From a bacterium (GTDB lineage: Bacteria; Patescibacteriota; Saccharimonadia; Saccharimonadales; UBA4665): a stretch of 64,000 nucleotides of DNA. Within the stretch, counting starts at the first letter, position 1, and each line of letters begins with the position of its first letter. Under the pieces are notes generated by a model, which had not been told where the DNA came from, made no database searches, and was given only the letters and a program-made list of their open reading frames with translations. The stretch lies in contig JAJZCD010000001.1 of NCBI GenBank assembly GCA_021851735.1, forward strand, positions 35,078-99,077. The letters run 5' to 3'. A program made the translations under genes and the position numbers. Below, in pieces: positions 37,027 to 47,379 of the stretch.

Positions 37027-38610
37027 ATGAAGAAATGGTCTGTCATTAGTATCTTAGTGATTGCACAGTTCATCATGATTCTGGACAGCACGGTGATGAA
37101 TGTGTCCCTATCGACGGTAGCAAAAGATCTTGGTACGACTATTTCGGGTATGCAGGCTGCTATCACGTTCTATGCGCTTACGATGGCATCATTGATGCTC
37201 ACTGGCGGTAAATTCGGTGATATTTTGGGAAGACGTGGTGCGTTTAAAATTGGTGTCGCAGTATATGGTGTGGGGTCATTTATTACTAGTGTCAGCCCAT
37301 CGCTCACGGTACTCTTGATTGGATGGTCATTGATTGAGGGGCTTGGGGCGGTATTGGTCATACCAGCTATAGCTGCTCTAGCGGCAGTAAATTATCAAGG
37401 GCACGACCGGATTATTGCGTTTGCAAGCATCGGTGCCGTATCAGGTATAGCAGCGGCACTAGGACCACTTATCGGCGGGTTCGTGACGACCTATTTCTCA
37501 TGGCGTTATGTATTTCTTTCAGAGACGGTTATTATGGCAATCTTGCTGCTGGTTGCGAATCGTATATCAGATGTAAAAATCGTGCACAAGTCTAAAATTG
37601 ACAGCTTAAGTGTAATACTTTCAGTTATTGGTATGGCTATTCTGGTTTTTGGCGTACTACAGAGTAAAGTGTGGGGTTGGGTGCAACCTATTGATACGCC
37701 AACTATTAATGGTCAATCGATTGATCCGTTGGGTATCTCGGTAGTTGCGTACATGATTGTAGCTGGTTTTTTCCTACTGTGGTGGTTCTATCGTCGTCAG
37801 TTAGCTCTAGAGCGTAACGGCGGCGCCACACTGCTCAAGGTTTCATTGTTGTCTAAACGACCATTGAGGAGTGGGCTGACGACGTTGTTGTCGCAATATC
37901 TTGTTATTGCTGCAATATTCTTTGTGGTACCGGTATATCTACAAATTATTTTGGGGTATGATGCACTTAAGACGGGGATTAAAATACTACCGCTTTCGGT
38001 AGCGTTAGTATGCACTTCGTTAGTTGGCGTGCGGGCTACGCGGAGATTACCACCACGGCGCATTGTGCGCAGCGGACAAGTTGCGTTGGTGCTCGGCGTC
38101 TTGCTGCTGATGGCTGCTATAAATCCGGAACTCAAAGGTTTTCTGTTTGGACTCGGTATGTTTGTCATGGGTGCGGGGTTAGGACTGCTAGCGTCACAAC
38201 TCGGCAATGTCAATATGTCAGCGGTTGGTGAGACGAATTCTGCCGAAGGTGGTGGATTACAGGGTACATCACAAAATCTGGGCTCTTCGCTTGGCACAGC
38301 TCTGATCGGTTCAATTTTTATATCTGCGCTGACATCAGGGTTTTTGGCGACGGTACAGACAAGTACGTTACCTGCTAGCATCAAAAGCTATATTGCTAGT
38401 AATGCACAGCCGGGCCTACAAGTAGTGTCTGCTACCCAGGTAAAGCAGTATGCCACTTCCAAAGGCTCTAGTGAATCCGAAGCGTCACAGATTAGTAGTA
38501 TATATACTGAAGCGCAAATCGATGGGCTACGTCGGTCACTATTTTATCTTGCGGTGATCGCCTTCTTTTCGTTGCTTGCTTCACGGTATGTTCCGAGCCA
38601 AAAAACTTAA
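37027..38610 (+). CDS. MFS transporter, DHA2 (14-TMS EmrB/QacA-like) family
   Basis: 527 aa, ~14 hydrophobic segments. Motif A-like GKFGDILGRRG. Confidence 0.85.
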   Translation: MKKWSVISILVIAQFIMILDSTVMNVSLSTVAKDLGTTISGMQAAITFYALTMASLMLTGGKFGDILGRRGAFKIGVAVYGVGSFITSVSPSLTVLLIGWSLIEGLGAVLVIPAIAALAAVNYQGHDRIIAFASIGAVSGIAAALGPLIGGFVTTYFSWRYVFLSETVIMAILLLVANRISDVKIVHKSKIDSLSVILSVIGMAILVFGVLQSKVWGWVQPIDTPTINGQSIDPLGISVVAYMIVAGFFLLWWFYRRQLALERNGGATLLKVSLLSKRPLRSGLTTLLSQYLVIAAIFFVVPVYLQIILGYDALKTGIKILPLSVALVCTSLVGVRATRRLPPRRIVRSGQVALVLGVLLLMAAINPELKGFLFGLGMFVMGAGLGLLASQLGNVNMSAVGETNSAEGGGLQGTSQNLGSSLGTALIGSIFISALTSGFLATVQTSTLPASIKSYIASNAQPGLQVVSATQVKQYATSKGSSESEASQISSIYTEAQIDGLRRSLFYLAVIAFFSLLASRYVPSQKT

Positions 38611-38872
38611 AAGGTGATCTATAATGGTGCATGGTAAGAGTGTATCGTTAGAGTTGAACGTTCGGTACTATTGGCAGTGAGTACGATCGATGGTCGTATT
38701 TGAGTTCGGCTGGTACTGTCAGCCGTGTGAGTCGACTGGGGTATCGTTTTTGCTTACCATTTATGCAACATAAGCATAGATACGGCGTAGTCTGTTAACG
38801 GAAGATTCTATAACCTGACTTTGCATGGTATAACTAAAGGTATACAAATCTGAACAATGGTATTACGTAACA

Positions 38873-40723
38873 ATGGCAGATAAAAAATATCAAAAGAGGC
38901 GGACTTCATGTTGGATGGTTGTGCTTCATAAAAGAAGGTTAACCCGGCCACGTGTAGTGCAAATGGGGCTTTTGGCTGCTGCGTTCCTGAGTGTCGGACT
39001 ACTTGGGTACAGAAGTATGCATCATTCATTCGCTGCTTCAAACTGCCCGATCTCAAATATATTGGTTGATGCATGTCATCCTTGGATAGGAGCAGCGGCA
39101 ATGGGCGACCCACACGCTGCGCCGAATGCCGAGGCACAGTTTTTGTATGCCGAAAAGCAGATTGGTCGGACTATGGATATCTTTCATGACTACCATTCTC
39201 CGGGAAATTTACCGTTAAACAGCACAGAAAAGTATTTTGCTGAGCGGCCCAATACATACGTATATGTTAACTGGAAACCAGCTAGTAATTGGGCAGACGC
39301 GGATGGTGGTAACGCCACTGTTAACGCTAGTATCGACAGAGCTGCGGCTAGCATAAAGTCAGTCGCACCGCACAAAATCTTTCTGACGGTTTGGCACGAG
39401 CCTGGTAATGATGTGTCGGGTGGTACATCTTGTCCGATCAAACCGGGGAGTGCTGGTACGCCTGCCCAGTATAGGGCAATGTGGCAAAACGTTGAAAATA
39501 GGTTTAAAGCTGATGGGGTTACGAACGTTGTTTGGGTAATGAATTATATGGGTTACTCTAAGTGGGATTGTCTGGTACCACAGTTGTGGCCCGGAAATGG
39601 CCTCATTGACTGGGTTACGTTTGACGTCTATAGCATGGGTGATAGCTCGACAGTTGCTAATACTATCGGTAGGTTTTATAACGTATTGCTCAACGATAAC
39701 AATAGCTCGTTCAATGTCGACGCTAAACCCTGGGGCTTGGCTGAATGGGGCGATTGTACGACGAGTGACCAGGCTCACGTCTACCAGTATTACCAGGAGA
39801 TGAAAACCGCACTTGATAACAACACGTATCCACGACTCAAAATGTATATGGTATATGACTCTAATGGGAATGGCGCCGGTATGGGCTGTCTTACCGATTA
39901 CAGCAAATCGGGCGTATATGATCCAACTGAGCAGGCATATTACAACAAATTTGCTGACGACCCACACTTTTTTGATCCATCGTCACCATCACCGCCAACT
40001 ATTCCCGGTAATTTACACGTTACGAATGTGTCGCCTAATAGTATAGCGATAGCCTGGAATGCATCGACTGACAGCGCTGGGGTGGCGGGTTACCGGGTAT
40101 ACCGCGACAATATACTGATAAGCACACAGACCAGCCAAACACGTGTTGATAGCAGCTTAAAGAGTAATACGTCGTATACGTATACAGTACGTGCGTATAG
40201 TACTACTGGCAGCGTATCAGGAGCTGCAACAGTGACGGCAAGGACAACACCTCTGCCTGTCCCGGGAGGAGGTGGACCGGGTGGATCTAGTGCGGGGTCA
40301 GGCGGTAGCGGTAGGCCATCGTCATTACAGTCACTGTCAAACGGCACAAGTGTTGGTGGTAGCTTAGCGGTTGGCGGCTCGCAAACGACAGTTATAGTTG
40401 ACGGGAAATTCGTATCGAAACATGGCCAGCTGAATACGACATATCTGACAAATGGCGAGCATATCGTTACGACGAAGACGAAAAATGCGAATGGCACGGT
40501 CACAACGGCAACCCGTATTATTGACGTGCAGAATAACCTAAACACCTGGCAGACGGTGCGTAACCTCGCACTCAGCGCGCTACGTACGTATCCGATTCTG
40601 TTGAACAAAGATATGTGGACCGGTATCGCTGTCGCTATGGCGGGAGTCGGGTTTGTCCTATATTTCTTTGTCTACCGTCGACCGTTTTACAGGACGCTAC
40701 AGAAAAAACTTGGAGGTTCATAG
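38873..40723 (+). CDS. surface-anchored clan GH-A glycoside hydrolase (GH26-like) with Fn3 domain, Gly-rich linker and C-terminal TM anchor
   Basis: 616 aa. Acid/base-like VWHEPGND, nucleophile-like WGLAEWG. Fn3 segment PGNLHVTNVSPNSIAIAWNAS...YRVYRDN, GGGPGGSSAGSGGSG linker, C-terminal TM plus RRPFYR. The start may be the ATG at 38915. Confidence 0.6.
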   Translation: MADKKYQKRRTSCWMVVLHKRRLTRPRVVQMGLLAAAFLSVGLLGYRSMHHSFAASNCPISNILVDACHPWIGAAAMGDPHAAPNAEAQFLYAEKQIGRTMDIFHDYHSPGNLPLNSTEKYFAERPNTYVYVNWKPASNWADADGGNATVNASIDRAAASIKSVAPHKIFLTVWHEPGNDVSGGTSCPIKPGSAGTPAQYRAMWQNVENRFKADGVTNVVWVMNYMGYSKWDCLVPQLWPGNGLIDWVTFDVYSMGDSSTVANTIGRFYNVLLNDNNSSFNVDAKPWGLAEWGDCTTSDQAHVYQYYQEMKTALDNNTYPRLKMYMVYDSNGNGAGMGCLTDYSKSGVYDPTEQAYYNKFADDPHFFDPSSPSPPTIPGNLHVTNVSPNSIAIAWNASTDSAGVAGYRVYRDNILISTQTSQTRVDSSLKSNTSYTYTVRAYSTTGSVSGAATVTARTTPLPVPGGGGPGGSSAGSGGSGRPSSLQSLSNGTSVGGSLAVGGSQTTVIVDGKFVSKHGQLNTTYLTNGEHIVTTKTKNANGTVTTATRIIDVQNNLNTWQTVRNLALSALRTYPILLNKDMWTGIAVAMAGVGFVLYFFVYRRPFYRTLQKKLGGS

Positions 40724-40824
40724 CTACTCACGGAAGTACCCTGGAGCGTCGACGTGCTGATGCTTTGGTACGCTGTAGCCATACCACCATTGACCTACAT
40801 CAGGCTTGCGTACAAAATGGAAAT

Positions 40825-42195
40825 ATGTCAAATGCGTATAGTGAAGGCCTGGCGGTTTATGCACAAAATTCGCGACAGGCTTTCGAGAATCACTTGAGGA
40901 CCTTGATCAGTATACCGACCATTAGCGCAGATCCGCATCACAAGGCGGATATTAGGCGTGGTGCTGAGGCCGCCGTACAATTGTTACAGGGTCTAGGTTG
41001 TGCAGTACGGTTGGTCGAAACGGCTGGTAACCCGATAGTGTTCGGCGAGCTTATCAATGATGCTAGTTACCCTACTGTTCTAGTATATAACCATCTTGAT
41101 GTGCAGCCGGCAGAAGTTGCTAATTGGAAAACGAACCCATTCGACTTAGTCGTTGATGGGGACCACTATATAGGTCGTGGCACTACCGACGATAAAGGTC
41201 CTGCATTAACGGCACTGATGGCTATGGGGTATACCCAACAGTGTGCGCTGCCACTGAACTATAAGTTCGTATGGGAACTTGAGGAAGAAATAGGTAGTCC
41301 GCATTTTGAGGATTTTGTAAAAGGTTCGCTGCAACAGCTGGTTGCAGATTCGGTTGTTGTTTCTGATACTATTTGGGTCTCTGCTGACAAACCAGCCATA
41401 CCTGTTGGCCTGCGAGGCTTGATGGCGCTTGAAATTAGTCTACGGACAAGCGAGGCGGATACACACTCTGGTCTAACTGGTGGCGCAGCAAGGAATCCTG
41501 TAGGCGAGCTCGCACAGATTGTGAGCGAGTGCTATGACGCGGTGAGCGGTCGAGTAAAAATTCCCCATTTTTATGATGATATGGTACCTGCTACAGACCA
41601 ACAATTGAATGATTTTGTTGCGTCAGGTTTCAGTGTTGAGAGGTTTAAACGTGATCATGCGTTATATTCTCTACGTAGTCAAAACGTGCGCGATGTGTTA
41701 AGGCGGATTATGGCGCAGCCGACCTTTGAAGTCCATAGTATTGGTGGTGGCTACGTTGGCCCTGGTCTTAAGGCGATCGTTCCGCCTCAAGCAACCGCTA
41801 AGGTCAGTATGCGTCTAGTAGCAAATCAGGATCCGCACAGGATTTTTGAACTTGTTAAACGATTTATTGTTGTACGGCATCCTGATGTGAGGGTACGGGC
41901 TAGTGCAGTATTACCACCCTACTTGGCTGAGTCCGATGGACTATACTTAAAAGCAATCAGTACTGCAATGGAATTCGCGTTCGATAGAAAACCGGCTCTC
42001 GTACGTGAAGGCGGCTCGATTGGTGCGGTCATAACACTTGCGAAATATCTGAAGGTACCTGTCGTGATGCCGGGTTTAAGTCTGCCCGAGCACGGATACC
42101 ACGCACCCAATGAACATTTTGATTGGCATCAGGCTTCAGGTGGCATCAAAATGTATGCAAAATATTTTCAGGAATTAGCGACATTAAAACCGTGA
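40825..42195 (+). CDS. M20-family dipeptidase / acetylornithine-deacetylase-like metallopeptidase
   Basis: VYNHLDVQP, GRGTTDDKGP, EEEIGS and HAPNEH motifs. I start it at ATG 40825 (MSNAYSEG) rather than the track start 40615, which overlaps the preceding gene. Confidence 0.8.
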   Translation: MSNAYSEGLAVYAQNSRQAFENHLRTLISIPTISADPHHKADIRRGAEAAVQLLQGLGCAVRLVETAGNPIVFGELINDASYPTVLVYNHLDVQPAEVANWKTNPFDLVVDGDHYIGRGTTDDKGPALTALMAMGYTQQCALPLNYKFVWELEEEIGSPHFEDFVKGSLQQLVADSVVVSDTIWVSADKPAIPVGLRGLMALEISLRTSEADTHSGLTGGAARNPVGELAQIVSECYDAVSGRVKIPHFYDDMVPATDQQLNDFVASGFSVERFKRDHALYSLRSQNVRDVLRRIMAQPTFEVHSIGGGYVGPGLKAIVPPQATAKVSMRLVANQDPHRIFELVKRFIVVRHPDVRVRASAVLPPYLAESDGLYLKAISTAMEFAFDRKPALVREGGSIGAVITLAKYLKVPVVMPGLSLPEHGYHAPNEHFDWHQASGGIKMYAKYFQELATLKP

Positions 42196-42262
42196 CTGCA
42201 GTGGTGGTGTGTTTTTTGCCAAGTCGAAGGGCGGCCCGCTTGGTTTAAGTGGAGGTGCTTGT

Positions 42263-43567
42263 CTATATGGCTTTTGTCTCATGGGATATGACTCGAGACT
42301 CCATGCTGCCGTGCGTGCTGTTGCTATTGCGGTACAGCTGGCTAATGCCGTAGCCGATACTGGCCGCTGCAATACTGGCAATACCACCAAGCACGAGTGG
42401 CAAGCGTCCTCCAAAGTTGTCGGCCAGCCAGCCAAGAAAAGGTCCGCCAATCGGTGTTGTCCCTATAAGTAGGACTGTCTGCAGTGCTAGTACTCTGCCA
42501 CGCATGCTAGGTTCGGCTGTAATTTGCGCTAGCGATGTCGTAGACGTGGTGTATAGAATGCTGGCGCCACCGATAAAGAACGCAACAGATGTGGCGGTAA
42601 TAACATTTGGTGATGCAGCAAGCGCGAGCATAGCGATGCCGAGCGCCATCGCTCCTGCTATGGCATGTCGTAATCGCACGAGTGTCTTATGGGCAATAAC
42701 TAATGCAGCTATGACGGAGCCGACACTCATAACTGAGTAGATCACGGTATATGTGGCGCTTGCTTTATGCAATCCATCGGTGACGAACAACGGCAAAGTA
42801 ACACTGAAGTTGTAGGATAAGACGCCGATGATTGTAAGCATGAGGAAGCTAATCCACAGCGTGGGTTGCGATAGTACATAACGCAACCCCGCGCGAACCG
42901 CGCCTTTGAGTTGTGTCTTTGAACGATGGCGATATAGCTCTTGCGGGCGCATTCGTATAAGCGAGTAGAGTACGGCTAGATAACTTATCGCATCTACACT
43001 GAAACACCAGCCATAGCCTATGGTTACTATCAGTATACCGGCCAGCAATGGGCCGAGTATACGCGACATATTCACGATGGTGCTGTACATAACAATCGCG
43101 TTGGCAACGTCTTCCTCGGGGACCATTTCACTGACGAACGACCGCCGGGTTGGATTGTCAAATGCTAAGAAGATACCGCCTGCGGCCGCCAAAATGTATA
43201 ACCCAATAAGTGACGTGTGCGGTAAAAATGCCAGGACTGCCAGGCCAATGGACTCTGCCATCTCTAAGCTTTGTGTCAGTAATAACAGGTGTTGCTTGTT
43301 GTGACGGTCTGCGATTACGCCGCCCCAGATAGATAAGATGAGTATCGGTCCATATTGGCAGGCGGTCAATATACCGACTGCTAGCCCGCTATGTGTTAGT
43401 TTTAACACCAACAAAGTCATTGCTATGTTAGTAAGCCAGTTACCTGTATTTGAGACAATTTGCCCCATAAAATACAGGCGGAAGTTTCTGTGTTTAAGTG
43501 ACGAGAATGTCGTACTGAATTTACGCCGAGCATAATTACCCAGCGTACCCATGCTGTCTGGTTCCAT
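42263..43567 (-). CDS. MFS transporter (EntS/MFS_3-like, 12 TMS)
   Basis: 434 aa. FRLYFMGQIVSNTGNWL and GGVIADRHNK are typical of the enterobactin-exporter-like MFS subgroup. Confidence 0.8.
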   Translation of the reverse strand: MEPDSMGTLGNYARRKFSTTFSSLKHRNFRLYFMGQIVSNTGNWLTNIAMTLLVLKLTHSGLAVGILTACQYGPILILSIWGGVIADRHNKQHLLLLTQSLEMAESIGLAVLAFLPHTSLIGLYILAAAGGIFLAFDNPTRRSFVSEMVPEEDVANAIVMYSTIVNMSRILGPLLAGILIVTIGYGWCFSVDAISYLAVLYSLIRMRPQELYRHRSKTQLKGAVRAGLRYVLSQPTLWISFLMLTIIGVLSYNFSVTLPLFVTDGLHKASATYTVIYSVMSVGSVIAALVIAHKTLVRLRHAIAGAMALGIAMLALAASPNVITATSVAFFIGGASILYTTSTTSLAQITAEPSMRGRVLALQTVLLIGTTPIGGPFLGWLADNFGGRLPLVLGGIASIAAASIGYGISQLYRNSNSTHGSMESRVISHETKAI

Positions 43568-43721
43568 CTTGTTCCTTATTAGATCTTGTTACAGCTGTCA
43601 ATTATACCGTATGCGTACTGTCGACATGCTCCCAAGCTTAACAAACGTACGGATGGGTACAAACATTGCTATAGTGTATCAGCTGTTTTTGATGGTCCTT
43701 TTGCCGTACGCGTCAAACTGA

Positions 43722-44225
43722 TTACAGCGATTGGCGGCGAATTTTTTGTAATGCAACGAGCATTAACTTTGCGATGTCTTCGTATTGGATCTTGTCAATA
43801 GCTTCCTGGGCGGGTATCCACGCTGCACGTTCGATCCAGTCTTCCGGTTGCAACATATCGCTGCCGCCATGTGCTCGCATCAAAAAGATTTGCATAACCA
43901 TAAGTACTAGACTCTGTTCACGGCGGTACCGGAAGCTTACCTTCCCTAGCCACAGCAGAATGCTTAGGTTGGCATCCAAGCCCGTCTCTTCATATATCTC
44001 TCGGGCGGCAGTCTCTTCGGCGGACTCATCTGGTTCGACGTGTCCTTTGGGTATAGTCCATCGACTCTTTGCGTCTTGTATAAGCAAGAATTCTATTTGC
44101 TGAGTCTTAGTATTACGGCGAAATACTATGCCACCCGATGTAGCTTCGCGAACTACTTCGTTAATGGCTGGCGTACGTTTATTGACAAATTTCCGGAATC
44201 CGTAGATTGGGCGTGGTCGCTGCAT
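43722..44225 (-). CDS. NUDIX hydrolase
   Basis: Nudix box GHVEPDESAEETAAREIYEETG. Start placed at ATG 44225 (MQRPRPIYG). Confidence 0.85.
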   Translation of the reverse strand: MQRPRPIYGFRKFVNKRTPAINEVVREATSGGIVFRRNTKTQQIEFLLIQDAKSRWTIPKGHVEPDESAEETAAREIYEETGLDANLSILLWLGKVSFRYRREQSLVLMVMQIFLMRAHGGSDMLQPEDWIERAAWIPAQEAIDKIQYEDIAKLMLVALQKIRRQSL

Positions 44226-44419
44226 AGCTGGTACTCCTAATAATGAGGTTTTTTGGTTGCATAAGGTAATCTGTGCGTTGACTCGCCGTTCGCTGCTAGG
44301 GCAGCGCACCCAGGGTGTCTATAGAGCGGGACATAGTGTCTGTAACACCTACTACAACACCTTATAGTATACGTTAAAGGGCTAGGCTTTACTATACACG
44401 TCTGCACGCCGTTACTGTT

Positions 44420-45023
44420 TTGGCTATTCTTTGCGCTGCTCGTGTGATGCAGCCTTGCATCGGTATGGCGGCTGTGTTCGCAGGTGCGGCACGAGCACCT
44501 ATCACGTCGGTGATTATACTGTTTGAGCTGACGGGCGACTATTCTATTATCTTGCCACTTATGGCTGCGGTCGTAATCAGTACGTTTATGGCGGACGCAC
44601 TTTCAAAAGAGTCTATATACACGCTCAAACTTAGTCGGCGAGGTATCGATTTGAACGCCGGCAGGAGCAATGAGCTGATGCGAAAAATACGTGTGCGTGA
44701 GGCTATGGATACGCGTATTGTTAACGTAGCGGCATCTACGACTATCACTGCAGCAATCCGGAAACTGCAATCGTCAGGCCCACGCGGTACTTGTCCATGA
44801 CACAAATGGTAAGCTTCTTGGCATGCTAACCGCGCAAGAGCTTGAAGAAGCAGTTATTACCCAGCCGCAAAACAAACGTATTGGCAGCGTCGTTACGGCA
44901 ATAACGGATGCAGTCCATGAAGATGACTCACTCCATGATGCGGTTGGGCAACTCGGGGTCTCAGGCAATACAACCTTACCAGTCTTTAAAACAGACGATA
45001 CTGATGCCTACATGCGGAACTGA
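44420..45023 (+). pseudogene. remnant of a ClC-type chloride channel gene (last TM helices plus frameshifted CBS domains)
   Basis: GMAAVFAGAARAPITSVIILFELTGDY is the conserved C-terminal ClC segment. No ATG start and no room for the ~350 N-terminal residues. The CBS region continues in another frame after ~44775 (..AHAVLVHDTNGKLLGMLTAQELEEA..). Confidence 0.7.
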
Positions 45024-45344
45024 AGTGATACGCCCAGGGTCGAGAACATAGCATTCGTAAGTGCCGAAGTAGTAGGCGTAGGATTATGGTATGGCTCTCT
45101 CTGGTCTAGAACATGTAACGTCATGTTCTTGTACCTCTGCCTGTATTTGCGGGTATCAGTTCTACTGATATATATATTGGAATGCACGAACGTAGCATGG
45201 ACTTGCTGTAGCTGAACTTTGGCATGGACGATGCAGCTCAACAGGGACAAATACTGAATCAGCGGCCAAACGCGGCGCTCAAGTAGCTGCAGTAACATCC
45301 CCTAAAAGCGAGCAAGTATATATTTGGTTTATCGCGGGGTATGG

Positions 45345-46220
45345 TTACAAGCTGTGGATCTGTTCGATGATTTTGGCGAACTGCTCATATGATGCTGGAT
45401 CGGCGTCCTTATTCGCGGCGTAGATAGCATGTTGGATTCCCAGGCTCTTTAGCTCATCAATTTTTTGCATAGTTCCGTTTATGTCGCGAGCTGCGGACGT
45501 GACATCTATACCGACTAAAGCAGTTTTCTCTATATCATCGTATGAGCGCCCCTGCTCTTCACAGTGCTTCTTGAGTACATCAATCTTGTGGGCTAATAGT
45601 GCACTATCGCGAGCAAATAGATTGCACGCATCGCCATATTTTGCCACAAACCTCAAGGTTTTCTCTTCTCCGCCACCGCCTATAAGAATGGGCGGGTGCG
45701 GTTTGCTAATTGGCTGAGGTGAAAGATATGGTTCTGGCAGTGAGTATATCTTGCCCTTAAACGGCGTGCTATCGCTTTGCCACATTTGTAGTGCTAGTTG
45801 CAGGGTGTCTTCTAGCCGGTCAAAGCGCTTTGAATTAAGTGGATCAAGTAAGCCAAGGGCTTTCGCTTCTTGGTCATTCCAACCGGCGCCGATACCGAAG
45901 TATGCTCGGCCTCCAGATAGGACGTCGAGTGTCGTGACGGCGTTTACAAGTACGGCCGGTTCCCGATAGATAACACCCGTTACCATTGTACCAAGCTTAA
46001 CGGTCTTGGTTACGCCTGCTAGGTAGCCAAGCGTGGTGTATGCTTCGAGCATTGGATCAGTGTATGGACCGATGTTTGGTAGTTGGAAGAAATGGTCCAT
46101 TACCCAAATGCTGTCAAAGCCAGCAGCTTCAGCCGATACGGCGATACGTTGCAGATGTTCACCGATGCTGCTTTCTCCTCCGGTATAGTCAAAACGATTT
46201 ATTTGTAGCCCTACTTTCAT
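45345..46220 (-). CDS. LLM-class (luciferase-like) flavin/F420-dependent oxidoreductase
   Basis: 291 aa. N-terminal MKVGLQINRF...AAGFDSIWVMDHFFQ is typical of the F420-dependent LLM subgroup. Confidence 0.75.
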   Translation of the reverse strand: MKVGLQINRFDYTGGESSIGEHLQRIAVSAEAAGFDSIWVMDHFFQLPNIGPYTDPMLEAYTTLGYLAGVTKTVKLGTMVTGVIYREPAVLVNAVTTLDVLSGGRAYFGIGAGWNDQEAKALGLLDPLNSKRFDRLEDTLQLALQMWQSDSTPFKGKIYSLPEPYLSPQPISKPHPPILIGGGGEEKTLRFVAKYGDACNLFARDSALLAHKIDVLKKHCEEQGRSYDDIEKTALVGIDVTSAARDINGTMQKIDELKSLGIQHAIYAANKDADPASYEQFAKIIEQIHSL

Positions 46221-46234
46221 ATGCGAATCTCCTT

Positions 46235-47206
46235 TTATAGTTTATGTAGTACTGGCACTACTTCTTTTCCTAGCATCTCGATAGTCGCTAGTTGATCAAT
46301 TGAGGTAGTCTGGATACCGACAATGTCGGCGCCCAGCTCGGCAATGAGCGGCGCGTACGTGGTTATGTAATCGGCAGCGTTTTGCACCCGACTGAATAGA
46401 TTGAGTATTTCGCCACGGGGGAGCTTATCTGCTTCTGTTTGCAGCTGTATCGGGTCAATAGCCTCGGCGCGGCTGGGTGCGCGCAGACCTCGCTGTGACT
46501 GCAGCGCCTGCCATGCTTCAGTATCATTCTGGGCGAGGATGGACCAGCGATTGGCAACAACTGTATAGTTGTTGTTCGCGACCGCCTTAGCGGGTAATAT
46601 AACATTCTGCTTTGCGTGCTCAATATTCTTGGCACTTACGATAATGCCGTCATAGTGCTTTCCTGCCGTAGTCGCACTTTGTGGGCCACCAGCTGCAAGC
46701 AAAATGGATACCGTGTGTTTGGGTGGGCTGTACAATTTTGCAGCACTAGTTTGGTAATAGTTACCATGAAAATTGAGTTTTTCGCCAGCTAGGAGACGTT
46801 GTATGATCTCATGCGCTTCGGCTAATCGAGCGGCCCTTTCTTTGTATGGGGGTAGTACAAAGCCTAGCGGTCCCTCGTTGATGTTCTCACCTGTCCCAAT
46901 ACCAAGTGTAAAACGTCCGTTGCTCAGACGATCAATAGTCGCCGCTGCTTGAGCAATGACTGCCGGGTGAAACCGGAAGAGTGGTGCTGTGACAGCGGTC
47001 ATAAGATTAATATGGGTCGTTTTGACAGCGATCGCGCCAAGTGTCGAGAATGCGAATCCACTTGCGCTATGGTCGTCAACCCACGGGTGGAAGTGCTCGG
47101 AGATCATTACTCCGTCGAAGCCGACAGCTTCTGCTGTAACGGCCTGATTTACGATTTCTTCTGGTTGGAATTGCTCGTCAGAGCAAAATAAATATATCTC
47201 CGCCAT
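46235..47206 (-). CDS. LLM-class oxidoreductase (F420-dependent G6PD-family-like)
   Basis: 323 aa. CSDEQFQPEEIV...AVGFDGVMISEHFHPW and GRFTLGIGTGE. Confidence 0.7.
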   Translation of the reverse strand: MAEIYLFCSDEQFQPEEIVNQAVTAEAVGFDGVMISEHFHPWVDDHSASGFAFSTLGAIAVKTTHINLMTAVTAPLFRFHPAVIAQAAATIDRLSNGRFTLGIGTGENINEGPLGFVLPPYKERAARLAEAHEIIQRLLAGEKLNFHGNYYQTSAAKLYSPPKHTVSILLAAGGPQSATTAGKHYDGIIVSAKNIEHAKQNVILPAKAVANNNYTVVANRWSILAQNDTEAWQALQSQRGLRAPSRAEAIDPIQLQTEADKLPRGEILNLFSRVQNAADYITTYAPLIAELGADIVGIQTTSIDQLATIEMLGKEVVPVLHKL

Positions 47207-47379
47207 ACTTCAGTCCCATTGTATAGCATTATATGACGTAAAATGTAACATTTTTCATAGTTATGTAGGGAAAAGCTTACGTTTCAAGTATTCATCGATT
47301 TGGCTCTGTGTCTTGTTGCTGGCGTAAGGGGTGGTTGTGTAATAGACCCAACGAATGGTAGATTGTACCCTGTGTCACT

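Noticed and set aside
37797-38384. 195-aa antisense ORF inside the DHA2 MFS gene. Similar shadow ORFs lie at 39359..39967, 40090..40608, 23653..24141, 11034..11519 and 21334..21849.
   Set aside because: All lie opposite genes with strong family signatures. They have biased low-complexity composition and lack RBS or start context.
40615-40824. 70-codon N-terminal extension of the M20 peptidase ORF
   Set aside because: It overlaps the end of the preceding glycosidase gene, is Cys/Arg-rich and non-conserved-looking. The homologous region begins at the internal ATG at 40825.
45008-45298. 96-aa minus-strand ORF in the gap after the ClC remnant
   Set aside because: It has odd composition and no RBS, and it lies in a region best explained as decaying non-coding DNA left by ClC gene loss.
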